Notes: a model not told the origin generated them from the letters alone. Numbered from the whole stretch's first letter, positions 1 through 14,429 are shown. The stretch: DNA of 63,003 bases, filler included, from Octopus bimaculoides (GCF_001194135.2; 4 parts of 4 records of this genome joined end to end with filler, not necessarily neighbours in it); one strand, 5' to 3'. Program-made: numbers and translations.

Positions 1-516
1 ATATATATATATATATATATAAATAAACAGCCACCCCTGCGCCTATATATATATACGAAGTTTACTTGAAAATCTAAGAAACAATGTAAAACAGGCCAGT
101 GATACGAAGTACTCTCCATACCACAACGTACACTTCGGAGATGCAGAGTTTGAAATCTGAGAATACACGCAGACTAGTAATTTGGGATATGTAGTGTTTA
201 CGACCTTTACTAAGGGTAAAACTTACGTGAGAGGCATAGACATATTCTCACAAAGAAAAAACTTACATGATATGCACTGTTACCGAGGTAATAAGAAACA
301 GAAGTAGTTACTCAATACCTACGTAGTAATAGTGTTCCGTCAAACCTTCTAAAATCCTAGATCATGTGGTAGACCACCTAAGAGGTGTGCCAGTCATTTA
401 TATACTGTTAAGGTTCGTAACAACAGCAGGTGGAGAATCCGATCAAAGAGAGAATAGTGGTTGTATAGATAAGAGAGTAAATGTTTGGAGAGGATTGAGC
501 AGCTTAGTCAAGTCAA

Positions 517-526
517 CACACACACA

Positions 527-566
<40 letters not shown>
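517..566. repeat. (CA)n microsatellite
   Basis: Direct CA tandem run, followed by a short (TG)n run. Confidence 0.95.
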
Positions 567-568
<2 letters not shown>

Positions 569-1158
569 TATCTGTACATGTGTATGTGAATTTGTGTGTG
601 TATGTGTGTGCGTGCGTGTGTCATCTAAGAGTTATTTATCAATAAAGATCTCTCAAGATGACCAATAAAGACACTTTCCACGGATCATGCTTGTATAAAT
701 TAATCGATATTGAATACTGAGAAATGACGGATGTTTATTTTCATTTTAAAAGCTACAGAATAGTGGCACCATATGTATGAAGTTGGCAGCAATGCTTGTC
801 AAACTACAGAAAATTACTGTGACAGATGCATCAAGTTATAAATTAGAAATAGAAAAAGATCAACATTATAAGAAATATTTGTTGTTTTATTTTAATAGTG
901 ACTTTGAATTATGATATTCGTTTTTGTTTTTGCAAGTCTACAATAAATATTATTTATTTCATAATAAAATAAAGATCAATGAACTCCCAGTACCACGAAA
1001 CAAGTATTTCACTATGTCTATTCATTTTTTTCTTTTCCCATTCTCTTTTTCTCCTTTGTTTACAAAATCTTATTTCTCAGCACGGGAATCTTTGTCATAT
1101 ATGGTGTAATACACGACATACTTTCACATACACAACAGGCTTACACGACACACATACA

Positions 1159-1320
1159 TGACAGGCTTCCAGTTTCTCTCTATCAAATCTACTCACAAGG
1201 CTTTGGTCGGCCCGGAGCTATAATAGAAGATAATTGCCTTAGGTGCTGCGCAGTGGGACTGAACCCAAGCTATTGTGGTTGGGAAGCAAACTTCTGAACG
1301 ACATAGTCACAACTGCATAG
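1159..1320 (-). mobile_element. tRNA-derived SINE family A, 5' part
   Basis: Degenerate match to the copies at 14062-14429 and 42764-43170 (actcacaaggctttggtcggccc...gggactgaaccc). Confidence 0.7.
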
Positions 1321-1399
1321 ATTCATCAATTGTGATATATCAAAGGTTAGTCCAAATTATTTGAAAGATATTTATGTATATTAAAGATTTTGTTTTGTT

Positions 1400-2700
1400 T
1401 TATATAAGGATATAACGTGAACAGTAGCGGGTGGGAATAACTAGGGGAAAAGTGTTTTTGTTAAAGGTCAACGGCTGGAACGCAAAGCAAAGAGAGTTGT
1501 AGGCGAGTAAACAACCACAAACATGATGGCGTTAATAGATTGAACGCATTGATGGAAGTTGATTTAAGACTGGAGTAGCTGTGTCTCAGATGTGGCCTGA
1601 AGCTGTGATCTGTATACTATCCTGTGTATTTGTTTTGAGAAAGTTTAGATACACTATGTAGGGGTACGCGAAAAAAGATGTGTAAGTAGGCGATTTCTTG
1701 CGGTTGTCTAAGAAATTTCAAATTCGGGATATAATTTTTGGTCACCTGAAATGTAATTTACGCGCCATCGTTTTAATGCTATTTATTAAGGAAATTATGC
1801 TTATTTTCTATATAATGGGATAAAGTGTGTATGTGTATGAAGCCGAAAGTTTGCTGATGTTGATGGTTGTTCGTTTTAATCATTGAAGTCATCAAGAATG
1901 CCCTGTGAGTGATGTGTGAGTAGTATCAGTTCAGTGCAGCTGTGTTGAGATTATTTGAAAGAAGGAACTCGTTCTAAATGCTTGAGTGTCTGCATAGGTT
2001 CGTGACGGGTCTCTGAGATATTAAGTCACTTAGTTGAGTTGAAAATATTTGATGTTATATATCCAGTTTCTAGATACAAGAAATTGAGCAGTGATTGTAC
2101 AAACAATTGCTGTTGTTTAGGCCCAGTTCAGTTTTCCAAATTTCTATCAGTCGTTATATTGTATATCTAGAACTATATTCTACACTGTCATATTATGGAG
2201 ATTTTGGCTGGTTTTTGTTGTAAGTTGACTGGTCACATAGAGACTCTTTCATGGTACTTGGTAGGAAGAGTTGTAGATGATAGTGGTTGCAATAATTAGA
2301 TGCGCGTTTTATGTTTTCCGTTCGTGATTTTGTCATGTTCTCAGGCGTTTCAGATTTCGGAATTTCTGTGGGTAGAAAGAGGTCAAAGGCATGCTTTATG
2401 TGGGAGGCACATACTTTAAGATTTGTATACTTGACTTTGTGCAGATTTTGATAACTGATTTTTCAAAAATCATTTATCAAAATCCACAGTAAGTCCTTTT
2501 GTTAGAGTGTGGGTTATTTTAAAATTCAAACTTGTTATTGTGACATGAGGTATAGCGTAAACATTGTTGTTGATGATGCTAATCTAATGCATGTAATATT
2601 ACTTACTACTCTGTTTTTATTTTTGCGCGGTATATCTAGTCTACTTCATTAATTCTTTATTATTTGTAAGTATGTGTTCAGTGTAATTCATTGGTTTTAA
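1400..2700 (-). mobile_element. Heavily decayed Penelope-like reverse transcriptase remnant
   Basis: Weak, interrupted motif resemblance on the minus strand; no intact ORF. Confidence 0.35.
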
Positions 2701-2749
2701 AGAATCTAACATCATACTAGAGATTTTCAATTCTTTTCTTTCAAAATTT

Positions 2750-3850
2750 GAAGCGTTTTTCTAAATGGAAGTTCATGAAAAATTCTCAACCTATTCAGTA
2801 TTACTTACGCTGTTTACTTGTCGTCTGTTGCATACAATTTGATGCCATCCATAAAAAAAGGATGGATTATGACACCATACTCACCATAATAATTGTCTGT
2901 GTCAGTTTGACCTATGTTGGTCAAACGTTGATAGATGCAATCAATAAAAAGAATGAAAAGAACTCCGGTTCGAACATTTACCTTCTAATAAGGATTAACT
3001 TGTTTTCATAATTGCCATTATCTGATTGTTTATTGTATCTTAATGTAGTATTTATGCATGGATAATATTTCCAGAAACCACAAATAGGATGCAATGTCAT
3101 AATTATTCTCGTAAACAATCGTTGCCACAGTCTCTTTTTTGCCTACTTCAGTCTTCGTTTTCAGCTGTGAATATGTTGATAAATGACCCCAAAACACTTA
3201 CGATGTTCACTCTGTCTCATTAGATTGATGGTTTTTATATTGTAGGGTTGCAGGTCATTGTAGAGTTGCAGGTTTTGTACATTTTTTGAGTTTTATTGTT
3301 TCATCAATTTTGGGAACCATGTCATTTTTACCTCAGTGAGCTATGCAGGTACTGTTTCAAGCTGTTTTAGTATCATGTAACTTTACTTTTCAAACACTTG
3401 CTAGATATTTTCCCTGAAGCTTAGAACAAATGTTTTCCAATTTTTCCCGAATTCTGTTTGTTATTTCTTGCCTAGATTTGTTTTTGCTGTTGTGCTTGTG
3501 TTTCGAACACTTTCGCTTTTGGCGATGTATGCTTTTGTTTCTCTAATTCTTTATCCTAAAATATTCTAATTCTCTGGCTGCTGTAACACAAGTGATTTCA
3601 CTTTTGTCCATATTTAATTATTATAATAGCTTTAGTTTGTAGTGGAACTGTTTGTTTTGATCAAAGAAGTATTGTCGCTCTTTTTAAAGAAAGATTCTTT
3701 ATGATTTAAAAAAAGTTTTCTTACTTTAATTTAACCTTGTTTTGCTATTTTGAGTTTCTATAATTTTTGGTTATCTTTAGTATAAAAAAAAACTATTTTT
3801 TTACTTAATTTTTCAACATAGTTTGCTTGAATTTAAATAGATCTGAGTAG
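2750..3850 (-). mobile_element. Decayed R4/Dong-like non-LTR RT fragment
   Basis: Minus strand reads ..FMDGIKLYATDD, resembling HLLYMDDLKLYA of RLE-type LINEs; abuts the (TTC)/(TTA) tract. Confidence 0.5.
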
Positions 3851-3889
3851 TTTTAAACAGAACACGCTTTCATTTATATCTGTTGTCAA

Positions 3890-4004
3890 GTCTGTTGTTG
3901 TTGTTATTCTTCTTCTTCTTCTTCTTCTTCTTCTTCTTCTTCTTCTTCTTCTTCTTCTTCTTCTTCTTCTTCTTCTTCTTCTNNNNNNNNNNCTTCTTCT
4001 TCTT

Positions 4005-4076
<72 letters not shown>
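3890..4076. repeat. (TTG)/(TTC)n/(TTA)n compound microsatellite
   Basis: Direct tandem trinucleotides with a 10-N gap. Confidence 0.95.
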
Positions 4077-4077
<1 letters not shown>

Positions 4078-4078
<1 letters not shown>

Positions 4079-4673
4079 TGAGAGTAGTGCATGCCATCAA
4101 GGTGACATTGTGGCAAAATATTCAAAGCCCAGTATACCCATACTGACTACCTGTCTGATAAAGATACACCAGGCACTTAATCAGTATTATTATTATTGCG
4201 GGAGAGAGCAATGTATGACATTAAAGTGACACTGGGGTAAAATATACGAAGCCCAGTATACCCATCATGACTACCCGTCTGATAAGGGTACACCAGGCAC
4301 ATGCATCACAACCATATGTGCGTGACATGGTGATCTCATATCAAAATAAACAGCAAGTGACCTTGCAGGGTTGTTTTAGGATGTTGAACACTCATGTTTC
4401 GAGAGGTGAATTATTCAAACCCCAAAAAATTCCTCTCAACACATAGCTATGATGTTCCCCCACCACCTCTGCTCGTGATTAGAGATGCACATATCATCAG
4501 CCACCAAGGGACATGCTCAACTGGTTAAGGTCAAGCAACTGACTGGCAAATCTGTGGTACTGTGCAGAATATTTGTTGTAGCCCATCTTTCATGCAAAAA
4601 ATAAAACATGTACATGATAACACTTCCAATCAGTTAAGACCAAAACCCATGAGAGCCAGAGCCCGGTACTGCA

Positions 4674-4675
<2 letters not shown>
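4078..4675 (-). mobile_element. SINE-like repeat family D with tandemly duplicated 3' end
   Basis: ~95-bp segment duplicated (4078-4177 vs 4200-4298); related partial copy at ~51180-51345 (gatcagagatgcacata...ggtcaaacaactgac). Confidence 0.55.
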
Positions 4676-4763
<88 letters not shown>

Positions 4764-5739
4764 NNNNNNNNNNNNNNNNNNNNNNNNNNNNNNNNNNNNN
4801 NNNNNNNNNNNNNNNNNNNNNNNNNNNNNNNNNNNNNNNNNNNNNNNNNNNNNNNNNNNNNNNNNNNNNNNNNNNNNNNNNNNNNNNNNNNNNNNNNNNN
4901 NNNNNNNNNNNNNNNNNNNNNNNNNNNNNNNNNNNNNNNNNNNNNNNNNNNNNNNNNNNNNNNNNNNNNNNNNNNNNNNNNNNNNNNNNNNNNNNNNNNN
5001 NNNNNNNNNNNNNNNNNNNNNNNNNNNNNNNNNNNNNNNNNNNNNNNNNNNNNNNNNNNNNNNNNNNNNNNNNNNNNNNNNNNNNNNNNNNNNNNNNNNN
5101 NNNNNNNNNNNNNNNNNNNNNNNNNNNNNNNNNNNNNNNNNNNNNNNNNNNNNNNNNNNNNNNNNNNNNNNNNNNNNNNNNNNNNNNNNNNNNNNNNNNN
5201 NNNNNNNNNNNNNNNNNNNNNNNNNNNNNNNNNNNNNNNNNNNNNNNNNNNNNNNNNNNNNNNNNNNNNNNNNNNNNNNNNNNNNNNNNNNNNNNNNNNN
5301 NNNNNNNNNNNNNNNNNNNNNNNNNNNNNNNNNNNNNNNNNNNNNNNNNNNNNNNNNNNNNNNNNNNNNNNNNNNNNNNNNNNNNNNNNNNNNNNNNNNN
5401 NNNNNNNNNNNNNNNNNNNNNNNNNNNNNNNNNNNNNNNNNNNNNNNNNNNNNNNNNNNNNNNNNNNNNNNNNNNNNNNNNNNNNNNNNNNNNNNNNNNN
5501 NNNNNNNNNNNNNNNNNNNNNNNNNNNNNNNNNNNNNNNNNNNNNNNNNNNNNNNNNNNNNNNNNNNNNNNNNNNNNNNNNNNNNNNNNNNNNNNNNNNN
5601 NNNNNNNNNNNNNNNNNNNNNNNNNNNNNNNNNNNNNNNNNNNNNNNNNNNNNNNNNNNNNNNNNNNNNNNNNNNNNNNNNNNNNNNNNNNNNNNNNNNN
5701 NNNNNNNNNNNNNNNNNNNNNNNNNNNNNNNNNNNNNNN

Positions 5740-5892
5740 GGCATATACGACATAATGGGGAGCTGCCGTTCTTTAATATGTTGGCCTGGTAGTTCTTCGT
5801 AGGTAGGCATTGATCTTGGGCTGCTATGATAAACCCCTCTGTTTCTGATTTTAAACCCCTCTGTTTCTGATTTTAAACCCCTCTGTTTCTGA

Positions 5893-5896
<4 letters not shown>
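5740..5896 (-). mobile_element. Short R4/Dong-like LINE fragment ending in a 3x22-bp tandem
   Basis: Minus strand encodes KSETEGFIIAAQDQCLPTKNYQANILKNGS, homologous to ORF 6615-6827. Confidence 0.7.
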
Positions 5897-5942
<46 letters not shown>

Positions 5943-6105
5943 TAAGGCTGTGAGCTGGTAGAATCGTTAGCATGCTGAGCAAAATGCTTAGCAGTATTTC
6001 GTCTGTCATTACGTTTTGAGTCTGAATTCCGCTGTGGTCGAATTTGCCTTTCATCGTTACGGAGTCGATAAATTAAGTACTAGTGAAACACTGGTTTCCC
6101 ACACA
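5943..6105 (+). mobile_element. tRNA-derived SINE family B
   Basis: gagctggtagaatcgttagc...gagtctgaattcc...cgataaattaagtac; related copies at 13635, 21905, 24203, 52630. Confidence 0.7.
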
Positions 6106-6149
6106 AACTGGGAAACCTATAAAAAAGGTATTCCTCTTAAAGAGTACAA

Positions 6150-7035
6150 AAAATGTTCAAAGTTCAAATCCCACAGGTTTTTTCTAAAGATGCAGGCAGT
6201 ACTTGTCAGTATAATCTTTTGGATTTCTCTGAGACATGGTTCTCCTGGGATCTTATCTAGATGTTTCTGACATCCCTCTTTTTATCATACCTAGAGCACC
6301 TACAATAACAGGAACAGTTCTCGTTTTATGATGCCACATCATTTCTTTTCAATTTCTAGGTCCTTATATTTACTTAATGTCAAATTTCTTGACAGCTATA
6401 TTTTTTCTCAGTGGGAGCACTTACATCTATTAGTCTACGAATATTTTCTTTCCTGTCTTTAATCTGGTCGATTAGCCTGGATTGTTCTGTCAGTGTTGAC
6501 TGGAAAATCCCAGAGGATAATGACATTTTTATCTTCAACGAACGACTTAGGATGATGTTCATACAAGTAAGCAGGACTGGTGATTTTATAGTAGTTACAT
6601 ATTTTCCAATGTAATTACTGTCCTACACTATCGTGGCAATTTTTGTATTCCTTTGGTGTCTGCACAGGACATCCCGAGACGAGATGGTCTATTGTTTCAT
6701 CAAATGTGTCACAGAATCTGCATTTAGGGTCAGAACCGTTTTGAAGAACGTTAGCCTGGTAGTTTTTTTTTCTGAGCAAGCATTGATCTTGTGCCACCAA
6801 TATGAAATCTTCAGTCTCTACTTTCAATCCTGAACTTCTCAGCCACTAATAGATTGTTAGTTGGTCTACACCGCTCCTCAATATGTTTCTGCCCGTTTTG
6901 TTTTGCAGTCTGCTTGATCCATTTTGCTTGTTTTGTGGCAGTGGTTTCAGGTTCTTCAAATATTTCAGGATTGATGCCAAGTTCCCTTGCGAATTTGCCA
7001 AGCTTCTTTGACAATAGAATGGGATTTTTTTGCTA
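6150..7035 (-). pseudogene. R4/Dong-clade non-LTR retrotransposon 3' region (zinc knuckle plus restriction-like endonuclease), decayed
   Basis: CRFCDTFDETIDHLVSGC (CCHC knuckle) and LIDVSAP endonuclease motif; frameshifts and stops. Confidence 0.85.
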
Positions 7036-7039
7036 CTGC

Positions 7040-7108
<69 letters not shown>

Positions 7109-7111
7109 CAT

Positions 7112-7191
<80 letters not shown>

Positions 7192-7203
7192 TTATTATTA
7201 TTA
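7040..7203. repeat. (TTA)n(CTA)n(TTA)n compound microsatellite
   Basis: Direct. Confidence 0.95.
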
Positions 7204-9705
7204 TTTCATTAAAGTATTTTGTTATTGTTTCTTGACCACGTAATTTTGTTCTTCCATAAGCTTATGAAGAATTAACAGTTTGCTCGATTAGCAATTTAAT
7301 TTTTGCTAGTTTCTGTGTTCCATCTTGTTGCACAACGTGTAGAGCCATAATAGTACGGTTGGTTCGTTCTGTTTTTATACTTTATCTGGGGGCTGCGTTT
7401 TCAAATACAGTCTTGTTGCAACATTAACGTTACCTTCACTGTTAACATGGTTACTACTCTCACTGCAATAAGTAGTAACAGCAAGAAAAGCACTGCCATG
7501 GAAGGTGGACGCAAAGTCGCTTACAGCAAACTTCGTGGCAAATCCAGTAACACACCTTGTGGCAAATCCGACAACAAAAATGTCCACTGCAAAGGCGAAT
7601 TGTAAACATCAGCAACAACAACGATAACAACATTGAAAGTGAAGATAAAAGAAAGTAACAGCAGCGACCCTGATATTTGAAATAATGCATCGAAAACAAG
7701 AAAACAAAGCCACCACTGCTACGTCGAATAGTTAAGCCGATTTGCCTGTCCTCAGAGCTCTTGGAGAAAATTGACAGAATAACAGTGACATATCACTGTA
7801 TGGTGGTTACGAGACGGTAAGTGAAAAAGGGCCAACATATCTAGCTGGAAACCTGCTCAAGAGATATACGTAGTGACATCGACTTCATCATTCTCAACAG
7901 GCGTTATAAAGCGAATGAATTGAGATTTCCTTCAGAATTTCTCGTATCAAAGCACTCCACTATGTTGTGTAGAAGAGAAGTATTTACTCTCATTCCTACA
8001 AACATGAGTTAGCAAGAGACGAGGTCAGCGATGTTGATTGTGCCACCAGAAATGAGCATCTGTTAGTTCGTGAGATGCATTGTCGTAGATGGAAAAGACA
8101 CATTTCTGAATCTTAAAATATTTTCAGGAAAACTACTCCAGATTTTGTATGGAAGTCATCCTTTATCCAGACATATCACAAAACCCTGAACATAGTTTCT
8201 GGCCAACTGCACAGTAGGAAGACAGCTAGAAGGCTCAGATGCTACGCATTTGGTAGCGCTAAACACTTGAGGACTCTTCTGGTCACAAGAGAAGAGAACA
8301 GAAACAAGATCAACACTACATGAACATCACTAAATATAGGCAATAATAGAAACATGATTTTCATCAGTGACAACACCACCTGCAGCAGTTATACCAGCAA
8401 CAGCAACAACAACGGCAAAAATTGATGCTACAACTCAAAGAACAATTTCACTAATACTGCACATAGCATACCTCTTTTCACGAGTACACTGAAACACAAG
8501 CACGTAGCAGCATGAATTCATTCACAAATATGCATGTAATTCTTATTGGTGCTTTCTAATGGACTCTGAAATCTGGTTGCAGGCCATAGTTGCAACAGGT
8601 AGTCAGGACGAGGAGCAAAATAGAGACAAAAAGCAGTTCCAAGGTGAAAAATAGAATATTCAATGGGGGAACAGAAAGCATAATAACGTACTATACACAC
8701 ACCATCACATATAATAACACCAACATCAACACATCAACCACCACAACTACTATAGTCACTACAACCATCACCATCACCATCACCATGACAACAACAAAGC
8801 TGTAACGACAGGATTAGCATATTAGGAACGTGGCAATTGACAATGCAATTGTCAGCAACCGGTAGTTGGGTGCACCGATGAAGAAGAATAAAGAAGCATC
8901 AATATGATTCAGCAAATAATTAGCGCTAACGGAAAACGGGTTAGAGGGGATGAACGCAGATTTAAAAATTTTAACTAATGGGATAGTAAAGTGTTTGGCG
9001 TTTGTTGTCAGTGATCTACTCGGTAAGTGCAGACCAGTACGGTCTCGATTATATCTAATCATGGCGACCTTCATATCATACTCTGCATCGTATTGACTGT
9101 GAATAGCAAACATGAATTCGGCGGGGCTCTAGTAAATTTGTATCACTCGAGAGCTCTTCATAAGCTCGGATCACGCGATTGGTTCCGAAAGTGAGTCCCC
9201 AGCTGCTGTTGTATGTCTGTGTGTCTATAATGAAAATAGTCACACTGCTTTCCCCTGGCCTGGGAGTGCATATAGTTATTTTCTACAGTCTCGTACGAGA
9301 GACAAGACTGAAAGCTCAGAAGACAGATACTTTCCTCTTCGGTTCACTCATTTTTATGTTCCATTTTGAAAGGAAAAGAAGTGTTTTTAAGTTGGTTATG
9401 TAGGACATATACTGTATGAGATATGTTGTGGCATTGGATACAGACCGATTTGCGTATGTTATGAGATATACATAATAACATTAGTGGATGATAGCATACT
9501 ACACAAGAGTGTGATGTACTATCATGCGCTGTTCTGTAATTACTGCAAGTTCTGCTAAGCATTCCATTTTTCTTGCTATCTATAATAATCGCCCGGTTCA
9601 CAAATAATTGTTTCCATAACGTTTTTGACGCCATTTCCACTTCTTTGGTTGTATGGTGTCTCTCACACCTCCAAATTTACATTCCAAATCCAAGGAATGT
9701 ATAGT

Positions 9706-9975
9706 GAAGACGATTAGTGGTTAGGACATTCGGCTCACGGTTGTAAGGTCGTGAATTTGTTTCTCCACTCCACTCAGCTAGCAAAAATTAGTTGTACCTG
9801 TAATTCAAAGGACCAGCCTTGTCACATTCTGTGTAATGCTGAATCTACCCGAGAACTACGTTAAGAGTACGTGTGTCTGTGCAGTGTTCAGCTACTAGCA
9901 CGTTAATTTCACGAGCAAGCTGTTTCGTTGATCAGATCATCTGGAACCCTTGTCGTCGTAACCAACGGAATGCCA
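9706..9975 (+). mobile_element. tRNA-derived SINE family C, degenerate
   Basis: Box A-like tagtggttagg; tail cagccttgtcac...gagaactacgttaag...ggaacccttgtcgtcgtaacc shared with 43204 and 52220 copies. Confidence 0.6.
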
Positions 9976-11089
9976 ATTAATGCATATCTAGTCAGGAGTT
10001 TTATTCGTATTTACTCCCACTCGGGATCGAAGTGACCTGACAGTGCTACAAGAGATGCTCTGTGTCTTGTGTGGGTACTTGAAATACTGAATATGTAAGA
10101 GAATTCGCGATAATCTCCTCGATGACTGTTAGCCTCTGTTTTGCTGTGGCCTGATTTCATTCTGTTTGCATATGTCTACTACTTTCTGGAAAGCTATTAC
10201 CCTTTGTAATATATAAGGGTATTGCATGTTTTTGTTGAATCCCAGAACAGCCCTGTTTAAGAAAGGTATTTCATTAAAAGTATTCTACTCTATACTATCT
10301 GCTTCTTTTTGCTTGGATTAAATTATCAAATGTGTTTATTAAGATGATAGGTTGTAATATGAAGACGATTTTGGTGCTATTTCTAGGAGGTCGAGGCTTC
10401 CTAACTGGGACCTATTATTGACACAGCATTGCATGTTGATGCTAAATGAGTTAGAGGTTCACAATTTTGATAGTCGCTAGTATTCTTGTGTTTAGGGGAT
10501 CAATATTGTCTTCTCTTCCAGTAACAAATCGGATGTTAATTCTGGTTTGTTCACTAATTTATTGAATGTTATTTTGCCACAAATTCATCAATAATTGCTT
10601 TGAATTTCCGGCAGTAATTGAGAATTTTGTCAATTCCGGGCTTTTTCTTGTTCCTTACAATCTTTATCGTGTTTGGTGAAAATTAATTGCTCACAGCCCT
10701 TACCGCGTTTATTATTTTGGTAGAAGATCTAAGAAATTATTATCATAATCATATTATTATTCACTTGACGTCTCTCTTTGTATTGTCCCCCCTCATCCTT
10801 CGCCCTGGTGGCAAATAAAAGAAATTATAATTGTTATTAGTTTTCCTTCATTCAAATTTGTTTCCATTTCTTGGCGAGTGTCTTCCCGACTCCTTGGGCA
10901 AAGAAATTCACTGTATACATTGATAGGCTATTAAACTTAACACACCAAATTGTTCATCTTAAAAATGAAATGAAGTGAAGTGAAAAAAAAATTAAAATAC
11001 ATGGGGGCGGGTAATCGTTCTTACATGGACAGTGCTCTTCTAAATACGTGTTACGTACCAGTTAAAATAATCTTTTGCAATTCTTGCAA

Positions 11090-12560
11090 TGATGGTAAGA
11101 CAGGGATCATTCTCAGATAATTTTCACTTCCCTTTTTGATCATTCATAGCGCTCCTACAATCACTGGTATTGTAAGCGCTTTGAGATGCTACATTTTTTC
11201 GATTTCAATGAGCAAATCTTTATATTTTCTGAGATTATCAAATTCTTTTGCCTAGGTATGATCACGATGAATAATCTTGTCGATCAATAAACACACTTTA
11301 TTGTTTTGGTCTTTCACAACGGTATCCGGTTTATTAGCTTTGACGGTTCTGTCTGTATATACTGGAACATCTAAAAGAATCCTTACATTTTCCCCCTAAG
11401 TTACAGCCTCAGGGTGGTAATTATATCACTTGTTGGCAGTGCTTATACCAGTGTAGATATTGCCTGGTTCTATCATATCTTGATTTGTACGCCGCTAGTT
11501 CTAAGACTTTACATTCAGAAATTAGGTGGTCCACTGTTTCAATCACATCATTACAGAATCGGCAATTTGGGTCTACTCCATTGTTCATCACATTGGCTTT
11601 GTATTTCCGGATCAATAAAGCTTTGATCTCGAGCAGCTAAGATGAAGCTTTCACTCTTTGCTTTTAGCCCTGAGCTCCGTGGCCATTGATATGTGTACTT
11701 CAACTTGTTATTACAGGCCAAATATTTGCTATGGTTTCTGCTCCCGTTTTACCGACCAATTGCTCGTGCGTGTTTTTCTTTGCCATATATTTCACCTTCT
11801 TTGCAATAACTGTTGCTACATTCCCCTAAAGTTGTTCATCGTGGGTATCATGCACGAAATCAATTGCAATTCTTTTGCTCTGCTTACGACAGAATGAAGC
11901 TTCTTACATCTCTCATGATTTTCAACCAGTTTTAGCATCCAGTCGTTTGTTGTTTCACGATATTTGGCTTGTCCAATTTTGATTTTGTAAGAGAGTTCAA
12001 ATTGGATCCAGCCTCGACCTCCTTGGGCTCTGGAAAGGCAAAAACAATCTGCGTCTGCCTTTGGGTGGCACATCTTATTACATCTCAACGCAGCTTACGT
12101 ATTTTCTTTATTTCACTGATATTCCAGTTTAACACATTGTAGCTATAAGTAAGTGGAACTGCTAAAGAATTCATGGCTAACACCTTGTTACATGCATTTA
12201 GCTCAGATTTCAGGACTACTGGAACTGTCCTATAACATTATGTTTTATGTTTGCATGCTGAATGCCAGAATCTTCCTTTATTCCTAGTTTTTTATAGGTT
12301 TGTTCTTGCTAAAGTTCTTTTATAACTGTGTCAACATCTAACACGACTGAATTTGAAGTCTTCAATTTCTCTTTGTAGAAAGTGGCCATGACACATTTAT
12401 CACGAGCAAATTCCATCCACATGTCATCACTGAATGCTTTCACCGTATGTAACAGGCCTTAAAGCTCATTATTGTCTTTGCCATAGAGTTTAAGTGAACC
12501 AAGTGGTATTAGTGCTATGCAAAAATTGGAGATGAAAGTGAGTCACATTAGAAAATGCCT
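11090..12560 (-). pseudogene. R4/Dong-like LINE fragment, decayed
   Basis: CRFCNDVIETVDHLISEC knuckle and HPKADADCFCLSRAQGGRG motif; abuts (TTA)n at 12575-12665. Confidence 0.8.
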
Positions 12561-12591
12561 CAACTGATGTTAATATTATTATTATTATTAC

Positions 12592-12664
<73 letters not shown>

Positions 12665-13556
12665 GTTCAGTAGTTTTATTTTTATAACGTGCTTTCACTT
12701 CACTACCGAGCGCAGCTCTGTGCGCCTTGGGTATGTGCTGTGGTTTGCTGTGGTNNNNNNNNNNNNNNNNNNNNNNNNNNNNNNNNNNNNNNNNNNNNNN
12801 NNNNNNNNNNNNNNNNNNNNNNNNNNNNNNNNNNNNNNNNNNNNNNNNNNNNNNNNNNNNNNNNNNNNNNNNNNNNNNNNNNNNNNNNNNNNNNNNNNNN
12901 NNNNNNNNNNNNNNNNNNNNNNNNNNNNNNNNNNNNNNNNNNNNNNNNNNNNNNNNNNNNNNNNNNNNNNNNNNNNNNNNNNNNNNNNNNNNNNNNNNNN
13001 NNNNNNNNNNNNNNNNNNNNNNNNNNNNNNNNNNNNNNNNNNNNNNNNNNNNNNNNNNNNNNNNNNNNNNNNNNNNNNNNNNNNNNNNNNNNNNNNNNNN
13101 NNNNNNNNNNNNNNNNNNNNNNNNNNNNNNNNNNNNNNNNNNNNNNNNNNNNNNNNNNNNNNNNNNNNNNNNNNNNNNNNNNNNNNNNNNNNNNNNNNNN
13201 NNNNNNNNNNNNNNNNNNNNNNNNNNNNNNNNNNNNNNNNNNNNNNNNNNNNNNNNNNNNNNNNNNNNNNNNNNNNNNNNNNNNNNNNNNNNNNNNNNNN
13301 NNNNNNNNNNNNNNNNNNNNNNNNNNNNNNNNNNNNNNNNNNNNNNNNNNNNNNNNNNNNNNNNNNNNNNNNNNNNNNNNNNNNNNNNNNNNNNNNNNNN
13401 NNNNNNNNNNNNNNNNNNNNNNNNNNNNNNNNNNNNNNNNNNNNNNNNNNNNNNNNNNNNNNNNNNNNNNNNNNNNNNNNNNNNNNNNNNNNNNNNNNNN
13501 NNNNNNNNNNNATGTAGGGGCTTTTCTTGCCATCGTTTTATCATGGTCCGTTGCTG

Positions 13557-13633
<77 letters not shown>

Positions 13634-14061
13634 CCTTAGCGGCATTTCCTCTGGCTTTACGTTCTGAGTTCAGATGTCACAGAAGTCGACTTTACTTTTT
13701 ATCCTTTCGAAGGCGATAAAGTATGCACTAGTCGGGTCCAGGGCCCGGTGATATCAACTTACCTATTACTTTAAAATTTGAAGTCATCATTATTATTATT
13801 GTTGTTATTGTTGTTACTGATGTTATTGTCATAACCTTCAGGTTCCTGAAGATGTGTGTAGCACTGTCGTTTTGCGGTATAGAACTGTCTTAGTATACTA
13901 TACCAGTTTTGATTTGTCATGAGGAAAGGTTTTGTCGATTCTGACTTCAGTGTATTATTTTGTTGGGTGGTGGTTACGTTTCTTAGCTATCGTGTGTCAC
14001 TTGGTGATTGTATAGAGTATGCGTTGTGTGTGTGTTTTGTGCTGCATTTTTGTAAACTCTC

Positions 14062-14429
14062 TTTACTCTTTTACCCCAAGACTTATTCTTTGTAAGCCTA
14101 GTACTTATTCTCTCAGTCCCTTTTGTCAAACCGCTAAGTTACAGGGACGTAAACACACCAGCATAGGTTGTCAAGCGATGTTGGGGGGACAAACACAGAC
14201 ACACAAACACACACACACACACACACACCCACACACACACACACACACACACATACATATATACGACGAGCTTCTTTCAGTTTCCGTCTACCAAATCCAC
14301 TCACAAGGCTTTGGACGGCCCGAGGCTATAGTAGAAGACACTTGCCCAAGGTGCCACGCAGTAGGACTGAACCCGGAACCATGTGGTTGGTAAGCAAGCT
14401 ACTTACCACACAGCCACTCCTACGCCTAT
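14062..14429 (-). mobile_element. tRNA-derived SINE family A with internal (CA)n
   Basis: Head ataggcgtaggagtggctgtgtggtaag...ggttcagtcc (box A/B-like), central microsatellite, conserved tail. Confidence 0.85.

Noticed and set aside
740-880. Possible decayed RING-like Cys pattern
   Set aside because: Needs several frameshifts and substitutions to fit; not distinguishable from noise.
7750-8300. Possible piggyBac transposase remnant (minus strand)
   Set aside because: Only a vague FHLRQCI resemblance; no TIR or TTAA found.
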